This document shows positions 59,979 to 64,000 of a stretch of DNA of 64,000 bases, one piece after another. This stretch comes from a virus: the IMG/VR virus record IMGVR_UViG_3300045988_056908, positions 65,792 through 129,791 of that record; one strand, written 5' to 3'. Within the stretch, counting starts at the first letter, position 1. Every line of letters begins with the position of its first letter. The notes beneath the pieces are model-generated. The model ran no database searches. It saw nothing but the letters and a program-made list of their open reading frames with translations, and had not been told where the DNA came from. The position numbers and the translations under genes were made by a program.

Positions 59979-61253
59979 TTGAAACGTGTAGGATATTTGC
60001 ACGAACGAGTGTATGATTTGAAAAACATCGAATTAGCTGATGATAAGGCTAGAAGAAATAAATCAATTCGATGTGGTATTAAGTAGCATGATAAGAATAG
60101 ATTAGAAGAAAATAAGGAATTATCAGACAAATTAAAATAGCTAATCTATTAGACTTCTGAATATAGTACATTTATAATATATGAGCCTAAAGAAAGATTA
60201 ATCTTTAGACTTCCATATTACCCTGATAGAATCACTCATCATGCTATAATGAATATTATGGAACCTATCTGGACCAGCATTTTTATAGATTAGACATATT
60301 CCTCTATAAGAAATAGAGGGACTCATAAGGTAGAGTATGATTTATTCAAGGTATTGTAGAAATACCCAGATGAAACTAAATACTGCCTAAAAATGGATAT
60401 AAGAAAATTTTATCCATCTATAACACATGACATCCTGTATGAGATGTTGTAGAAGAAAATAAAGGATAAGAAACTGTTAAGTCTATTGAAGGAAATAATA
60501 TATTCAGCCAAAGGAGTTCCTATTGGAAACTATCTATCATAGTTCTTTGCAAATTTATATCTGACATATTTTGACCACTGGATAAAAGAGGAGTTAAAAT
60601 GTAAGTACTACTTTCGATATGCTGACGATATTGTGATTCTTGGTAATGACAAGAATTATTTGAGAAATGTATTAGTATCTATAAAACTGTATTTGAAACA
60701 AGTTCTTAATTTAGAATTAAAACCTAACTACTAGATATTTCCAGTAGAAAGTAGAGGAGTAGATTTTGTAGGCTACAAATTTTATCACACTTACGTTCTA
60801 TTAAGAAAATCTATAAAAATGAGAATGTTTAGGCTTATAAATCTATATAAGCAAAATAAGATTGATAAAGAAGAATTGGAAAGAAGAATGAGATCTTATT
60901 TCGGCTGGATGAAATTCTGTAATTCTAAGAATTTGTTGAAAAAGATAGAAACTTTGACTGGTTTGAAGTTCTCAAATTGGAATGGAAAGGAAGTCAATAT
61001 ATCTAAGTTTTATAATAAGTATATTCATATCATAGAGGTGGTTGATTATCATAGCCATTTCAGAGTGCACTTTATGTATAACAACAAACCCTATTATTTT
61101 AAAAGCAAGAATAAGAAATTATATTATTCTTTGTTTAGATACAAATTTCCTATAAATTTTAAAGTAACACCTCATGTTAGAACCAAAGAGAATACAAATG
61201 AACGTTTGTCCTTAGGTAATTCAAAAACTTGGCAACGGTACTTATTATTATAA
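59979..61253 (+). CDS. DGR reverse transcriptase (TAG recoded; start TTG 59979 or GTG 60009)
   Basis: RT motifs in one frame: YEPKERLIFRLPYYPDRITHHAIMNIMEPIW (motifs 1-2), LKMDIRKFYPSIT (A), KGVPIGNYLS(TAG)FFANLYL (B), RYADDIVILG (C, YADD), SYFGWMKFCNS. Several in-frame TAG. Ends TAA 61251-61253. Confidence 0.75.
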
Positions 61254-61563
61254 TTATGATATAAGAGAAGTTGAGGCTGAAGTTGAAATACTAGATGAGA
61301 AAGACAGTACTAAATTTGAAACTTAGTACAATTTCATCTAGGTTTTACTTAATGGACAACCTAATTATAAGGATTGCGTAAGAGCTATTATTAGAAGTTT
61401 TATAACCATAGATGAAGAATTTGATTTAATCAACTCGTATAATAGTTATACAAAAAACCTTAGCACAGATTCTTCTATCATAACAGATTATCAAGAATAT
61501 CTTACTAAATTAATGGATATTAAAGACAAAGTCAAAAAAGATTTTGGACTTGTGAATAAATAA
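61198..61563 (+). CDS. hypothetical acidic protein overlapping the RT 3' end (TAG recoded)
   Basis: MNVCP(TAG)VIQKLGNGTYYYNYDIREVEAEVEILDEKD... 121 aa. Frame +1 relative to the RT. Confidence 0.35.
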
Positions 61564-61610
61564 TTTAAAATTGTTAAGTATTATACTTTACAATATTAAA
61601 AATCTAATAA

Positions 61611-62105
61611 ATGGAAAATTACAAAAATTTAAATTTCTCCGCTGAACAAATAAACCAAAAGCTAGCTTGGGTTGGAGATAAGTCTAAGTTAGCAACTACA
61701 TTATAGGAGACTCCTGTAAACTAGATTATGTTTACTAAAGACTAGAAAACTTTAAAAACTATCATAGACGCAAATAACTAGATAATTACCGTAGAGACTA
61801 ATGATATGATAACAGAACCTGGGTCTAAATTGGAGTCTTGGAATGTATATGTGGACCACTTACTCTGCATAAACTCTATATCTTGTGAAGGAACAATGTG
61901 TTCTCATAATTATGTTGAGTTAGGTAATGGCTCTAAAAAGGATATCAATTTAAATGGTTTATACTTATTATACACAGATTGTTCTAAGAGATTAGAATCT
62001 GACATTGGGTATGTTTGGCAATATCTCCCATTGACTGGAGTTATCAAGGCAGGGTCTACTTTTGTTATTAGGGAAAGCAAACTAATACAATTAAAGGTAG
62101 TATGA
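61611..62105 (+). CDS. hypothetical virion protein (TAG recoded)
   Basis: MENYKNLNFSAEQIN(TAG)KLAWVGDK... incorporates listed ORF 61806..62105. 164 aa. Confidence 0.5.
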
Positions 62106-64000
62106 TAAAAGTAGACTCTTATGATATGGAGTGGGATATAGAATTTAAATAGAATAAAGCTGCCTTCTATTTATGTGCTGGAGATTCTTTTAAACCCTTA
62201 TTAGAATCTAATAGCCTTGGCAATCCTTGGGAAGCTAATTTAATTGGGTATATTGATTCTTGTGGATTTGGAGCAGAAGCACCAGCAGAGGGGAATTCTC
62301 CTTTGCTGGTTAATGATAATTGGAATGATATTATCTTTGTTAGATGGTTTATGTTTGAAACGGCTAAACAAGGTACTAAAGCTTTTGCTAAAAGAAAAAC
62401 TAAAGATTTATGGACTTATATAGATTTAACTAAGAATACTACTAAAGCAGGAAATAGTATATAGTATTATTATAGTGACAATATAAAGTTAAAATATGCT
62501 CTTAAAGCTTCATATCTAGGTAAAGATTTCTTTACTATATCTACATTATTTAGATAGGATATTCCTAATTATGTAAATTTAACTTTTGGAAGATAGGCAA
62601 CCGACTCTGGAAGTGGTGCAACTAGATGCTTCAACTGGATTTCTGTTGGATATTATGATGAATATGTGGAGATAAGAAAATAGGGAGAAGAGTGGTCAAA
62701 ACATTATTCTATAATTGAAAAAGATAGTAGTAATACTGCTAACATTAATAAGTTTATAAATTATTATAAAAGATATAAATGGATTGCTCCAGATGGGACT
62801 TTTGTTACTACTCATAAATGTATTATAGATAAATTAACAGCTGGAACTTATGAATATCGAATTAGAAGAGATAATTCTAATTATTCAAGTAAAATTTATA
62901 TTTTTAAAGTATTAGGGGATTCAGAAGTAACTACTTTTAGTTATATTTAGACTTCTGATTAGCAGGGATTTAATTGGCAAGAATATCAAGCTTGGAAAAA
63001 ATCTTCTTATATGATAAGTAAAGAACAAAATATTGAATTTACTATCAATACAGGAGATATTACTCAAAATGGTAATAGAGTTAGCGAATGGTTAGATTAT
63101 TATGATGGTAGAGAATACTTAAATAATCTCCCAGAGATGTTTACTGTTGGAAATAATGATTTGTGTGGAAAAGATTTCTCAGAACTAACAGATGGAGAGG
63201 TAAATACTTCAAAATATAATCATATCAATGTTTTAAGATATTTTACTTTTGAAATGGATCCAGATAATCCATGTTAGGTTACTTGGGAGGAAAATACTTA
63301 TCCTATTTATTCTACATATTCATTTAATTATGGTAAATATCATTTTGTATCTTTAAATTCTGAATATGCTCAAGCTTCTAGTAAAATGTATAAAAATAAA
63401 GATATTGATTCTGATAAAGGAGATATTACATTTGCTCAAGCTGTAAATGCGGCTATTGAAGAATGGTTTATAAAAGATTTAAAATCATGGAAACAAACTG
63501 AAGAATTTCCAACTGGCTGCGAAAAATGTATTGTTTACACTCACGATGCCCCATTTTCAATAGTTACCTATGATTTTATGAATACTAGTACTACTGCTAG
63601 AGCCGGTTCTAAATTAAATACTATAAATAATAATGGAACTTATAGATTTTCTAGGCTCTTTAAAAAGATGGGAATTAGATTAGTAATGGCTGGTCATAAA
63701 CATACTTATGGAATAAGCAAACCTATCTATGATGCACCTATTGAGTATCTAGAAGGTAATAAGGCTAGTTCTGCAGTAGACATATTGTCAGGAGAAATTA
63801 CTACAGATATGTCTAGAAAACCTGTTATTTAGGTGCTACGACAAGATTAGGTATAGGTAAATAATTTTGCTAGATACGAAGTTGTAGAAAATATTACAGC
63901 TCCGACCTATGTAACTTGCTAGGCAACTGGATATAAATTAATCTCTAATAAAGAATAGCCATCTGGGGATGCTTATAGAATACCTTGGTTGCTGGCTTAC
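62102..64000 (+). CDS. large structural protein with calcineurin-like metallophosphoesterase motifs (TAG recoded; runs off window edge)
   Basis: Frame from ATG 62102 (ATGA overlap). Motifs TGDITQNG (GDxxDRG-like), VGNNDL (GNHD/E-like), MAGHKHTYG (GHxH). Incorporates listed ORFs 63011..63277 and 63386..63832. Confidence 0.5.

Noticed and set aside
1-64000. TGA (opal) reassignment as an alternative explanation for fragmented late ORFs
   Set aside because: Late-gene frames are interrupted only by TAG. TGA and TAA coincide with gene ends (for example TerL ends at TGA 50166-50168).
1-64000. CRISPR array or integrase/attachment sites
   Set aside because: No regularly spaced direct repeats and no tyrosine/serine recombinase motifs were seen. 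The tRNA half-remnants look like rearrangement debris rather than att sites.

Overview
This window reads as a segment of a large tailed-phage genome, probably a Crassvirales-like phage of a Bacteroidota host. Supporting sequence evidence: low GC content; a lipobox protein and an OmpA-family protein with Bacteroidota-style signal peptides; a TerL gene followed by a portal gene; and TAG stop-codon recoding. Coordinates 1-41750 are almost entirely minus-strand. This block encodes replication and auxiliary genes: a DnaB-like helicase, an SF2 helicase, RNase H, AAA+ ATPases, a Prs-like/HAD/NAMPT-like NAD cluster, an OmpA-like protein, an NfeD-flotillin pair, a radical-SAM protein, and a glucosaminidase. 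About 30 tRNA genes, a tmRNA, and five homing-endonuclease genes are interspersed in this block. From about 42000 the coding strand switches to plus, and almost every large ORF contains in-frame TAG codons. Reading TAG as a sense codon (probably Gln) restores long genes: TerL 47808-50168, portal 50327-52537, tail-fibre-like proteins, and a reverse transcriptase. A plus-strand tRNA with anticodon CUA, paralogous to the tRNA-Gln(UUG) at 30390-30461, lies at the head of this block (42583-42654). The most notable system is a diversity-generating retroelement. Its template repeat (59740-59837) and reverse transcriptase (59979-61253) follow a variable repeat at the C-terminus of a tail-fibre gene (VR1, 59540-59637). 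A second, remote variable repeat (VR2, 34632-34729, minus strand) lies in a small CLec-like protein gene about 25 kb away. Mismatches between the template and both variable repeats fall almost exclusively at template adenines. Three minus-strand homing endonucleases (two GIY-YIG paralogues and one HNH) and two small minus-strand genes at 43659-44247 also need TAG read-through, so their expression must depend on the suppressor. All calls come from reading the sequence by eye, with no tools. Coordinates of RNA genes and recoded CDSs may be a few bases off.
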